From Candidatus Sumerlaeales bacterium (GTDB lineage: Bacteria > Sumerlaeota > Sumerlaeia > Sumerlaeales > Sumerlaeaceae): 57,354 nt of DNA. The notes under the pieces were generated by a model. That model was not told the origin of the DNA, did no database searches, and saw nothing but the letters and a program-made list of their open reading frames with translations. Shown here one piece after another: positions 48,862 through 57,354 of this stretch (position 1 is its first letter; every line of letters starts with the position of its first letter). Location of the stretch: the NCBI GenBank assembly GCA_036675025.1, contig JAKFFN010000298.1, forward strand, positions 1 through 57,354, given 5' to 3'. A program made the translations under genes and the position numbers.

Positions 48862-49026
48862 CTGTAGGCTCTCCTAGGCCCGCCAGTCCGAATATAAACT
48901 TAAAAGGGGGCGTAGCCCTCCTTGGCTATAAAGCCACACGGCAGCGGGTGCGGGTGTAATTACACTGTAATTCTTAATGTTGCGTACCTATCCTGCTGCA
49001 GTATTAAACTAACAGGAGCAAACAAT

Positions 49027-49884
49027 TTGAGACGAATCATACAGTCAAAGCCGCGATTGGCCATAGGGGTCAAAGTTGCTTTGGCAGTACTGGCCCACTG
49101 TAAACCTGGTGCTTCGGCCGGTGCAATAGATACCATCTCGAAAATCTCCTCCAATGGCCGTTCAAAAAAAGTTACAACTCAGCAGTTTGCAGAGGATTAT
49201 GTCAGCAGCGTAGTGGCAAAAGGTAAAGCAGCACTTAGTAAAACAGACCGGGCATGGAGCCACCTTGTGTTTGCCGCCGGCAGCGACCTGCGCCATGGCA
49301 CGCCAATGTCCTATGATGAAGTTCGTCTTTGGCTTCAATCTTATAATGCTGGTCCATATGCCTGTCTTAAGTACAAAGGGTGTGTTCCTTATCGCGAAAC
49401 GCGTAACTACGTGCCCCGGATTATGAAGTATTACCAGCAGGATATTTCGGATTCTCCATACGACGAGATCATTGTCGAAAAGGCGACGAAATACGGCCTC
49501 GATCCGCAGCTGATCCGTGCCGTTATGAAAGCGGAATCTGATTTTAACAGAAAGACTGTCAGCCATGCGGGCGCACGCGGCCTGATGCAGGTGATGCCAG
49601 TTGTGTGGGAAGACGTGCGTAAGCGTTACAAGTTCAAGTGGAACTATGGCTCGGACGTGTTTGACCCGGAAAAAAACGTGGAAGTCGCCTGTGCTTACCT
49701 TGCCTGGCTGCGATATGATTTTCTTCCACGGCACTTTTCCGAGTTCCCGGCTAACCCTGAAGCCCCGGCAATTGTTAAACGCGACAAACGGCGTCTTCCT
49801 AAAGAACGTATCAGTGCGCGCGAACAGCAGATCATGATTTCTCAGCAGGCCGAACAGAAAAGGCAGTCTACCCCCGGCGCATAA
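49027..49884 (+). CDS. Lytic transglycosylase (SLT domain), circularly permuted motif order
   Basis: KYGLDPQLIRAVMKAES.FN...VS.AGARGLMQVMP, DPEKN...AYL; SYNAGP and ETRNYV occur upstream of these. Start TTG 49027 after AGGAG. Confidence 0.9.
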   Translation: MRRIIQSKPRLAIGVKVALAVLAHCKPGASAGAIDTISKISSNGRSKKVTTQQFAEDYVSSVVAKGKAALSKTDRAWSHLVFAAGSDLRHGTPMSYDEVRLWLQSYNAGPYACLKYKGCVPYRETRNYVPRIMKYYQQDISDSPYDEIIVEKATKYGLDPQLIRAVMKAESDFNRKTVSHAGARGLMQVMPVVWEDVRKRYKFKWNYGSDVFDPEKNVEVACAYLAWLRYDFLPRHFSEFPANPEAPAIVKRDKRRLPKERISAREQQIMISQQAEQKRQSTPGA

Positions 49885-51916
49885 CCTTTGCGTAGTGGAA
49901 AAGCGCCTTTTCGACCACGTAGTCAGGCTTTAGCAATCGCGGGCGGTGTTCATCACGCAGACCATGCAATTCCAATGCCGTCAGTTTCTGCGGAAGCGCA
50001 GTAGCATAGGCGTGGAGTTCATGGTCTCGTGATGCGCCCCAGCGGTGTGGCTCTGTAGCTGTGTACAGGGTAAATGTAGGCACACCATAATCCACTGCCA
50101 GATGCTTTGGCCCGGAGCAGCCGCCTACAAGAAACGAAGCGCCATTCACCAGTGCCATTACCTGCTCCAGGCTGGTTTTCCCGGCGAGGCTCAGGCACTT
50201 CGTGTTGTGCCTCAATTTCGCTTCGGCTATCCCACCTGCTTCAGCCCAGTTCGCAGCACCCATGATAATAATTGGGGAGCCACTTTCCTTTCCGAAGCGG
50301 TCGAGGAATGGAATCCAATTGTCCAGGGGCCATTCCTTTGAGGCGTAGCCGGCGCCGAACTGGACTAATGTATAGTTGGTGCCTATTCCATGCCTGTTCA
50401 GTATTTTGTCCAGCCATTGCCGGGAGAATTCCGATACTGGCGGTGGAGCGGGTGGAACCGAATTGACCAGCGGCCACAGGCTAAACAAGCGGGCCAGGTT
50501 CTCGTGCTCATGCAGTTCAAGATTTTTCTCTACTTGCCGCCGAGCATAGATGTAGTCGCGGCGGCCCGCAAACCCTACGTCGCAGTTAAAGGTACTGCCG
50601 ACAGGAGAGAGGTGCTTGCGCCAGAGAGCGTAATCGCCGTCATAGAAATAGGGAACGAAAGCTGCTGAAACATTAGCTACTTTTTGCCTGATGTAGCTTG
50701 AAGCTTCTGCCGGCGCCAGTACCTTTACATTCGGCGGCATACCGGCAAGCAACTGAGGGCTTTTCGCAGATAAAACAATTTCGGCTTTGGGAAACGTGTG
50801 CGCCAGGTTGTTGATGTGCGGCCTTAACAGAATGGAGTCGCCCATCAGGCAATCTGCAGAAACAAAGATCGATCCAGGCGTACTAATCGGGAAATCATGA
50901 CGGTTGCGCGCTCGCTTTACAATATTAAAGGCCAGCCCTCCTGCCCGTATCTTTCCCTGAAAAGCCATCGCCTTTCCCAATTCTTTCGCCAGGTTCCTGT
51001 GGCGCGGCCGCAGGGGCAATGGAGCACTCCAAACTGAGCGGAACACGCCCCATTGACGATTCAGCCACACATAATCACCTACCCATTTCTTTCGAGTCAG
51101 TGGCGACCGGGCAATCTTATCAGCGACAACACCAGCAATATGGGCCAGATCCCAGGGGATGGCAGTGGCGGTTTCAAACGCAGGGCGTCGCAGCCAGCTT
51201 GCCTCACCATCCAGCCTCGCCCGGTTCATCACGTAAGCCCACGTCAGACGGTCTGGATGAACCTCGTGTACGACAGCCTGGCGATAGCCGACGATAACAT
51301 TGCAACCCTGAAGGCGTCGATCCTTCCACCACTCTGCGTCTTCACGGCCGGTAGAATACAGCTGCCGGGTTTCTCTTTTTACAGAACACAGCGGATGTGC
51401 ATCCCATAATTGTTTGCGCGCGGCCATGTTGCAGGTGTCGGGATAATATCCCGGTTTACCCAGTACGGTGCCCGGCGGGCTGAGTCCAATGCACCAGTTG
51501 ATCGCAGGATCCCACCAATCAGGCAACTGGGCTGACGAGACGGTAACGCCACCGCCTGCATGGTGTGCTTGAAGATTGTATCTTACTTGCTCGAGCCAGC
51601 CGGGAAATGGAACAGCATCGTCATCGATGAACACAACTGCCGCGTTGCCTGCCTTCTGCAGCAGCGCGTTACGAGCGGTGGCAAAGTCAAACTGCTCAAG
51701 TTTGAGCGTTGAATAATTAACCTGTTCGGAATTCAAGTCAGCGATGATTGCGGCGTTTTCATCAGATGGATCAGTATCCAGCACAAGGATTTCATCATTT
51801 GGTTGGAGTTCTTCGATAACAGCTTTAAGCAGCCGGCGCAACAGCACTGGGCGGTTTGCAGTGAGTACGCAGACGGATATTGATCCTGACGCTGATCCGG
51901 GTTCTTCTATCAGCAA
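49868..51916 (-). CDS. Two-domain glycosyltransferase: GT2 (N) fused to GT9 heptosyltransferase-like (C)
   Basis: N: VCVLT.NR, ARN, VFIDDD; C: MGDSIL, HE.E, GAG..SKEWP, LAGKTSL, SGPKHLA...GVPT..LY, RWG. Confidence 0.85.
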   Translation of the reverse strand: MLIEEPGSASGSISVCVLTANRPVLLRRLLKAVIEELQPNDEILVLDTDPSDENAAIIADLNSEQVNYSTLKLEQFDFATARNALLQKAGNAAVVFIDDDAVPFPGWLEQVRYNLQAHHAGGGVTVSSAQLPDWWDPAINWCIGLSPPGTVLGKPGYYPDTCNMAARKQLWDAHPLCSVKRETRQLYSTGREDAEWWKDRRLQGCNVIVGYRQAVVHEVHPDRLTWAYVMNRARLDGEASWLRRPAFETATAIPWDLAHIAGVVADKIARSPLTRKKWVGDYVWLNRQWGVFRSVWSAPLPLRPRHRNLAKELGKAMAFQGKIRAGGLAFNIVKRARNRHDFPISTPGSIFVSADCLMGDSILLRPHINNLAHTFPKAEIVLSAKSPQLLAGMPPNVKVLAPAEASSYIRQKVANVSAAFVPYFYDGDYALWRKHLSPVGSTFNCDVGFAGRRDYIYARRQVEKNLELHEHENLARLFSLWPLVNSVPPAPPPVSEFSRQWLDKILNRHGIGTNYTLVQFGAGYASKEWPLDNWIPFLDRFGKESGSPIIIMGAANWAEAGGIAEAKLRHNTKCLSLAGKTSLEQVMALVNGASFLVGGCSGPKHLAVDYGVPTFTLYTATEPHRWGASRDHELHAYATALPQKLTALELHGLRDEHRPRLLKPDYVVEKALFHYAKVMRRG

Positions 51917-52875
51917 GGCTGACCCAGCCCTGCAAATTTCTGAAACAACTCCGCATCCGAGATTCTCTGCCTGTTCACTCGCGCTTTTCGCTCGGCTTTA
52001 ATAATTGCGGCATTTCGTGCAAGATACAAAAAAATCGCCAACCGCTGCTTAAAGCGGATTCCGTTTCCCCGCCGAACGTATTCCGGCAGCGATGCCCAGA
52101 ATTCCCGATGAAGTTTTTCATCTGTCAGATTGAGTGCCAGGAGCAGGAACCGGTTCCGTTCCCGCACAAATTCAATCCGCTCCCGTCCATGAGCCCTGAT
52201 CATTGACCCCTGGCCCAGGTGCGATCCGACTGCTCCGGGTTCATATAGATTAACCAGTCCAGCTTTGAGAGCCTGGTACGAAATATCGTAGTCTTCCCAG
52301 TATCCGGGGGCGTACAGGTGATGAAACCCACCAAACTCTAGAAAGTGGGCTCGTCTTATTGCGCATGACCCCCCCTGCAAAAACATTGTCTCTGTCAGGC
52401 TACTATCGTCACTCCACGTCAGCTTTAGTCGACCCTGTTCAAGGTGCCCTCGCATGTTTACATGATTGGGTGTGTTGTTTTCCCAATCCACAGTCTTTCC
52501 TGATACACCAAACAATTCTGGGCGGTTGTCAAAGTGCTTACAGAGGTTAGTTATAAAGTCGGCCCGCGCAATGAGATCATTGTTTATCAGCACCAAAACC
52601 TCGCCTTCAGCCAGCCGTGCTCCCTCGTTCACCATGGCGCCAAAGCCGCGATTTACATCGTGACTGACAAGCTGGATATCCGGGAACTGCCTCAGTGCCT
52701 CATCGCCGCTTCCATCGGTGCTGGCGTCATCCATTACTATGCATTCAAACTGCCGTCCGTACTCTACGGCCGAATGCAAAATTGCACCAATACAGCGATT
52801 CAAAAACGCCTTCCCGTTCCAGTTGGGAATTATGATGGATATTTTTACCGACATATCTGACGAACTGTCTGGCAT
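51910..52875 (-). CDS. GT2-family glycosyltransferase
   Basis: SIIIPNWNG, MDDASTDGS, N.GFG..VN.G, LINND, FLEFGGF, YWEDYD, H.GQGS. Confidence 0.93.
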   Translation of the reverse strand: MPDSSSDMSVKISIIIPNWNGKAFLNRCIGAILHSAVEYGRQFECIVMDDASTDGSGDEALRQFPDIQLVSHDVNRGFGAMVNEGARLAEGEVLVLINNDLIARADFITNLCKHFDNRPELFGVSGKTVDWENNTPNHVNMRGHLEQGRLKLTWSDDSSLTETMFLQGGSCAIRRAHFLEFGGFHHLYAPGYWEDYDISYQALKAGLVNLYEPGAVGSHLGQGSMIRAHGRERIEFVRERNRFLLLALNLTDEKLHREFWASLPEYVRRGNGIRFKQRLAIFLYLARNAAIIKAERKARVNRQRISDAELFQKFAGLGQPC

Positions 52876-52899
52876 TGCCTACGGTATTCAATAGCTAAT

Positions 52900-54054
52900 A
52901 TGGGCAAGGTAACCGGCGCAAAGGGGTCTAAGAGACAGCAAGTGGAATTTTCCGCGGGTACTGCAAGTGCGATCGCGCAAGCTCTTGCGCAGTGGTTTTT
53001 AAATGAACAGCGGAATTTAAACTTTCGCCAGACTCGCGATCCGTATGCCATAATGGTGTCTGAGTTTATGTTACAGCAGACAACTGTGGCAGCAGTGGAG
53101 CCGTACTATGAACGCTTTTTGCAGCGTTTTCCCAGTGTCCATGAGCTTGCTGCATCCTCAGAGGATGAAGTTATGCAATATTGGGCAGGATTGGGATATT
53201 ACCGGCGAGCACGCCAACTGAGGTCTGCAGCGATTGAAGTGGTGAACAAGTGGAACGGGAATTTTCCTAGGACAGTACAGGAACTACAGTCGCTTCCTGG
53301 TTTTGGCCGTTATACGGCTGGCGCAGTTCTTTCGCTGGCGTTTGACGAGCCGGCCGCTATCCTTGAAGCAAATACGATTCGTGTTTTTGCGCGCCTTGCG
53401 GGCCGACACGGCGTAGTCGGCGACACAGAATACATGAAGTCGCTTTGGTCTTTATCCGAGTCATTAGTAAAGGCTGCAGAGTCGCCGCGAATGGCTAATC
53501 TTTCCGCCATGGAACTTGGAGCATTAATCTGTAAGCCAAGACCTCGCTGCGGCGAGTGCCCTGTTAATCAATGGTGCATTGCTTACAGGGAGGGAATTGC
53601 CGAAGTTATACCTCAGCCCCGGCCGCGTCGTGAGAAAAAGCAGGTAACGGTTGCCTGTGCCGCAATTCGAGATCAGAAAGGACAATACCTCGTCCGCCGG
53701 ATACCGGAAGGGGAGTGGCATGGCGGCCTGTGGGAGTTTCCTGCAGTCCGTACAGAAAGCCAGTCGCCGGGCATATCTGAAGTGCAAAAGCTACTGACAC
53801 CGCAGCTAAGCCCTTACGTTCAGAATATTGAACCGTTTACCTGTCTCAAGTACACTGTCACACACCATGACGTTACGTGCCACGTTTTCCATTGCCACGG
53901 GAATATTGACGCAAGAGATTTTGCGGTTGATGGGGAAGAGTTAAGGCTTTTTCCATTGGGTAAGATAAGCGAACTGGCAATGGGTTCCGCTCAAAAAAAA
54001 CTGCTGAAGCTGCTTCTCGTAAAGGCGGCTGAGGGTAAATTTAATGACATCTAA
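52900..54054 (+). CDS. mutY: A/G-specific adenine DNA glycosylase
   Basis: DPY.IMVSEFMLQQT, WAGLGYYRRAR, LPGFGRYTAGA (HhH), MELGALIC.P.PRC..CP....C (Fe-S), GLWEFP NUDIX-like tail. Confidence 0.95.
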   Translation: MGKVTGAKGSKRQQVEFSAGTASAIAQALAQWFLNEQRNLNFRQTRDPYAIMVSEFMLQQTTVAAVEPYYERFLQRFPSVHELAASSEDEVMQYWAGLGYYRRARQLRSAAIEVVNKWNGNFPRTVQELQSLPGFGRYTAGAVLSLAFDEPAAILEANTIRVFARLAGRHGVVGDTEYMKSLWSLSESLVKAAESPRMANLSAMELGALICKPRPRCGECPVNQWCIAYREGIAEVIPQPRPRREKKQVTVACAAIRDQKGQYLVRRIPEGEWHGGLWEFPAVRTESQSPGISEVQKLLTPQLSPYVQNIEPFTCLKYTVTHHDVTCHVFHCHGNIDARDFAVDGEELRLFPLGKISELAMGSAQKKLLKLLLVKAAEGKFNDI

Positions 54055-55006
54055 TGAACTGACAATTCAAACACTGCTAAACGAGTGTGGACGAGATCTT
54101 GAACTGCAGGTGATGTCTGGAGAAGATCGGCTTAACCGCGTAGTTGCTACGCCAGAACTTAATCGACCGGGCCTTGCTTTTGCCGGCTTTTATGACGTGT
54201 TCGCGTGGGACCGCATTCAGATTCTCGGGAACACAGAGATTTCCTACCTGGACAGCCTGACGCCTGAAGATCGGCGCACACGCCTGGATGGAACGCTGCA
54301 GTTCCAGTTGCCTTGCCTGATCGTGACCAATGGGAACTCCGTTTCTGACGACATTCTTGACGCCGCGCGGAATCATGGCACTCCGCTGCTTCGCAGCAAC
54401 ATGCCGACGACGCGTCTCGCTGGTGTGCTGATGGCCTATCTTGAGCGGTTTTTTGCTCCGACGGCGAACGTCCATGGTAACCTGCTCGACGTATTCGGAA
54501 TGGGGGTGCTGATTATGGGTTCCAGCGGCGTTGGTAAAAGTGAGTGTGCATTGGAATTAATCGAACGCGGGCACCGCCTGGTGGCCGATGACCAGGTTAT
54601 AATTCGTCGCCTGAGCAAAGATGAACTCATCGGACGCAGTTCTGATGTTCTTAAGTACCACATGGAAATCCGCGGACTGGGCATTCTCAATCTTGAATTG
54701 CTATTCGGCGTTGCGTCAGTTGTCGAAGAAAAGCGGATTGAGCTGGTGGTCTGGCTTGAGCGCTGGATGGAAAACGTTGAGTACGAGCGTCTTGGAATTG
54801 ATGAAGAAGAGCACGCAATTTTCGACGTTCGAATTCCCAAATATAAGATCCCGGTTCAGCCCGGCCGGAACATTTCCATCATGGTGGAAATGGCAGCCCT
54901 TACTCAGCGCCTGAAGAACAGTGGTATCAATCCCGCGCAGCTGATGAACGAGTCACTGATCGCCCGCATGTCCGGAGAAGGACACAGCAGGATCTTACGG
55001 AGATAG
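54044..55006 (+). CDS. hprK: HPr kinase/phosphorylase
   Basis: NRPGLA.AG, RIQILG.TE, HG.L.DVFG.GVLI.GSSGVGKSE.ALELI.RGHRLVADD, MEIRGLGI, PV.PGRN. Confidence 0.97.
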   Translation: MTSNELTIQTLLNECGRDLELQVMSGEDRLNRVVATPELNRPGLAFAGFYDVFAWDRIQILGNTEISYLDSLTPEDRRTRLDGTLQFQLPCLIVTNGNSVSDDILDAARNHGTPLLRSNMPTTRLAGVLMAYLERFFAPTANVHGNLLDVFGMGVLIMGSSGVGKSECALELIERGHRLVADDQVIIRRLSKDELIGRSSDVLKYHMEIRGLGILNLELLFGVASVVEEKRIELVVWLERWMENVEYERLGIDEEEHAIFDVRIPKYKIPVQPGRNISIMVEMAALTQRLKNSGINPAQLMNESLIARMSGEGHSRILRR

Positions 55007-56284
55007 ATGTTAATGCAGTATCGGTTATTGCGGGTATGTTGTTCACTCCTGATTGTTTTAGTGGCGTTAACCGCTACGGCTCAGCCCTTGGAATCTGAAC
55101 GGCTGAACGCGTTGCTTCAGCGAAAGGGGTGGATCAGGATCGGACTGACGGAGTCCACTTCTAAAGCGACTGTAGGTTTGCCATCGGGGGGAACCATTGT
55201 ACTGGATGGAAAGACTGTGGAATGTGCGGCCGGGAGTGTTGGGCTTTCAAGTGGGGGCGGAAATGTGCGCGTGAACCTTCCGGGCCAGGGTGCCAAAGAT
55301 GCCGCTGATGTAGCCATCATAGCTTCTAGCCAGCCTTTGCAGTATAACGGGCGCTCGTATCGTGGCCGGCTTCGGATAAAGCCCGGCAGATCGCTTTCCA
55401 TAATAAATGAGGTTATGATTGACGACTGGCTGAAGGGCGTTCTTCCGGCAGAAATCGGCAGCGATGCACCTATGGAAGCGCTAAAGGCCCAGGCTGTAGC
55501 AGGAAGATCAGAAGCTATATTCCGTCTGCTGCATCCGCCCCACGAGAGCGATGGCTATGATTTCTGCACTGGAGTTCATTGCCAGGCTTACAAAGGAATT
55601 GGCGAGGAAACCGAGCAGATCAGGCAGGCGTGCGATGCGACATTGGGATATGTACTAACTGCCGGTGGCGACGTATTAAATGCGGTTTATCATAACGTCT
55701 GCGGTGGAGTTACCGCGGGAGCCGAAGACGTTTGGGACAGCAAACCCATCCCTGGACTGGTTCCGGTATTTGATGAACTGAAGGCGCCTGTGCCCAATCT
55801 TTCTTCGGAAGAGGCAGCAGCCGCGTTTGTTAATGATTCAAGTACGGAATCGTTCTGCTACTCCGGCAACCCCGATTACGCTAACTACGCGAAAAAATAC
55901 TTCCGATGGAGCAAAACTCTATCGGCATCAGAAGCTGGGCGGGCAGCTGGAGTTGGTACTCTCACTGACATAGCTGTAACGGAACGTCGGCCCAGCGGTC
56001 GGGTTCGCAAGCTGACGGTCCGCGGGACAGGCGGTACCAGGACTATCGAAAAGGAATTGAACATCCGGAATATCTTCGACCTGTGGAGCGGGCTTTTTGT
56101 GCTCCAGGTTGAGCGATCAGGATCGGCTATAAGTTCCGTAACTTTTGTTGGGGCCGGTAACGGTCATGGAGTTGGGCTCTGCCAGCATGGCGCCCGCGAA
56201 ATCGCGCGCCGGGGCGGCAGGTTTGACCAGATCCTAGGACACTATTACCGGGGCGCAAAACTTCAGAAAGTATACAGGCCTTAA
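55007..56284 (+). CDS. SpoIID/LytB-domain exported protein (peptidoglycan lytic transglycosylase-like)
   Basis: Signal peptide; YRG, LKGVLPAEI, EALKAQAVA.RS, CQAY.G, GNGHGVGLCQ.GA, ILGHYY.G. Confidence 0.93.
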   Translation: MLMQYRLLRVCCSLLIVLVALTATAQPLESERLNALLQRKGWIRIGLTESTSKATVGLPSGGTIVLDGKTVECAAGSVGLSSGGGNVRVNLPGQGAKDAADVAIIASSQPLQYNGRSYRGRLRIKPGRSLSIINEVMIDDWLKGVLPAEIGSDAPMEALKAQAVAGRSEAIFRLLHPPHESDGYDFCTGVHCQAYKGIGEETEQIRQACDATLGYVLTAGGDVLNAVYHNVCGGVTAGAEDVWDSKPIPGLVPVFDELKAPVPNLSSEEAAAAFVNDSSTESFCYSGNPDYANYAKKYFRWSKTLSASEAGRAAGVGTLTDIAVTERRPSGRVRKLTVRGTGGTRTIEKELNIRNIFDLWSGLFVLQVERSGSAISSVTFVGAGNGHGVGLCQHGAREIARRGGRFDQILGHYYRGAKLQKVYRP

Positions 56285-56299
56285 GCCCGGCCAGGCTTC

Positions 56300-56884
56300 T
56301 CAATTGCCGTTGGAAGCGTTTAGCTTCAGGAAGTTCGCCAACATCGTTTTGCCATCTGCGGTCAAAATGCTCTCCGGGTGAAACTGCACCCCCCAAACCG
56401 GGTGAGTTTTATGATGCATTGCCATGATGGTCCCGTCTTCAGTTTCCGCGGTAACCTCCAGGCAGTCCGGCAGAGAATCTTTCTCTACAATCAGCGAATG
56501 GTAGCGCGTTGCCTGGAACGGGTCGGGTATCGACTCAAACAACGGATCATTACCGTGATGGTGCACCAGGCTTGTCTTTCCATGCATGGCTTTCTCCGCA
56601 CGGATGACCTTTCCGCCGTATGCCTGTCCAATACTTTGGTGTCCCAGGCAAACACCGAGTATCGGGATGTTTTCGCCAAGTGTCCGGATTACGTCAAGCG
56701 AAACCCCGGCTTCATTTGGCGTACACGGTCCCGGACTGATAACGATGCGATCTGGAGCCATCTCCAGGATTTCCTGGGGCGTGATCTCGTCGTTTCTAAC
56801 GACTTTGACTTCCGCACCTAGCTCGCCCAGGTATTGCACGAGGTTGTAGGTGAACGAATCATAGTTATCGATTACTAATACCAT
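56300..56884 (-). CDS. trpG: Anthranilate synthase component II / glutamine amidotransferase (TrpG/PabA)
   Basis: [38 protein letters not shown]. Confidence 0.95.
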   Translation of the reverse strand: MVLVIDNYDSFTYNLVQYLGELGAEVKVVRNDEITPQEILEMAPDRIVISPGPCTPNEAGVSLDVIRTLGENIPILGVCLGHQSIGQAYGGKVIRAEKAMHGKTSLVHHHGNDPLFESIPDPFQATRYHSLIVEKDSLPDCLEVTAETEDGTIMAMHHKTHPVWGVQFHPESILTADGKTMLANFLKLNASNGN

Positions 56885-56887
56885 GGC

Positions 56888-57354
56888 CTAATCCAATCCG
56901 TATTCCGCTATCTCAATAGCTCTTATCATGGCGCTGGCTTTGTTTATTGTCTCGCGGTACTCAGAAAGAGGATCGGAGTCGGCCACTATCCCGGCGCCTG
57001 CCTGCACGTAGGCCTGGTCATCTTTTATTAGAACGGTTCTTATGGTAATGCAGCTATCCAGATTGCCATTAAAGCTAAAGTATCCCACGCTTCCGGCATA
57101 GGTGGACCGATTTAACTGCTCAATTTCATCGATAATTTGCATGGCACGAATCTTCGGTGCACCGCTTACTGTTCCGGCTGGGAAGGCTGCTTTAAACACG
57201 TCGAACGCGTCCTGCCCGTCTTTGAGTTTGCCGCGTACGTTCGACACGATATGCATCACATGGGAGTAACGCTCCACTACCATAAGGTCATCTACCTCAA
57301 CGCTGCCGTACTCGCAAACCCGCCCGCAGTCATTTCGGCCCAAATCGACCAGCA
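56888..57354 (-). CDS. trpE: Anthranilate synthase component I, C-terminal part (runs off the window edge)
   Basis: [48 protein letters not shown]; 3 nt upstream of trpG. Confidence 0.93.
   Translation of the reverse strand, partial: LVDLGRNDCGRVCEYGSVEVDDLMVVERYSHVMHIVSNVRGKLKDGQDAFDVFKAAFPAGTVSGAPKIRAMQIIDEIEQLNRSTYAGSVGYFSFNGNLDSCITIRTVLIKDDQAYVQAGAGIVADSDPLSEYRETINKASAMIRAIEIAEYGLD

Noticed and set aside
48922-49026. Cys-rich N-terminal extension of the SLT ORF
   Set aside because: A better start is TTG 49027, with AGGAG and a signal-like peptide following.

Overview
A gene-dense bacterial chromosomal segment of mostly housekeeping genes, with no integrase, transposase, prophage or CRISPR array visible. 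It holds about 44 CDS (two truncated by the window edges), one tRNA-Lys(CUU), several intrinsic terminators and a Rex/CRP-type palindrome before ndh. Recognisable genes include hup, tlyA, nadK, aroA, pilT, rnj, infB, ubiE/menG, xseA, ctpA, topA, dinG, csp, iscA, iscS, rlmI-like, ftnA, punA, ndh, dmpA, ispH, metK, mutY, hprK, trpG and trpE, plus several CAZymes. A GT9 domain and many signal-peptide proteins suggest a diderm organism, probably from a poorly studied lineage; I cannot assign the taxon. The most unusual observations: (1) a lytic transglycosylase whose SLT motifs are in circularly permuted order; (2) a coupled operon of a small secreted peptide, an HMA domain with no cysteines and a secreted clan GH-A fold protein lacking both catalytic glutamates; (3) a malectin-GH116 protein that seems to lack its acid/base loop; (4) a recurrent acidic/Thr-Thr motif in exported proteins, possibly a glycosylation sequon; (5) long tandem-repeat disordered extensions on IF2 and RlmI; (6) a JAB/RadC-DinG fusion; (7) a probable CTG start codon. 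All assignments come from motif recognition by eye; no searches were run.
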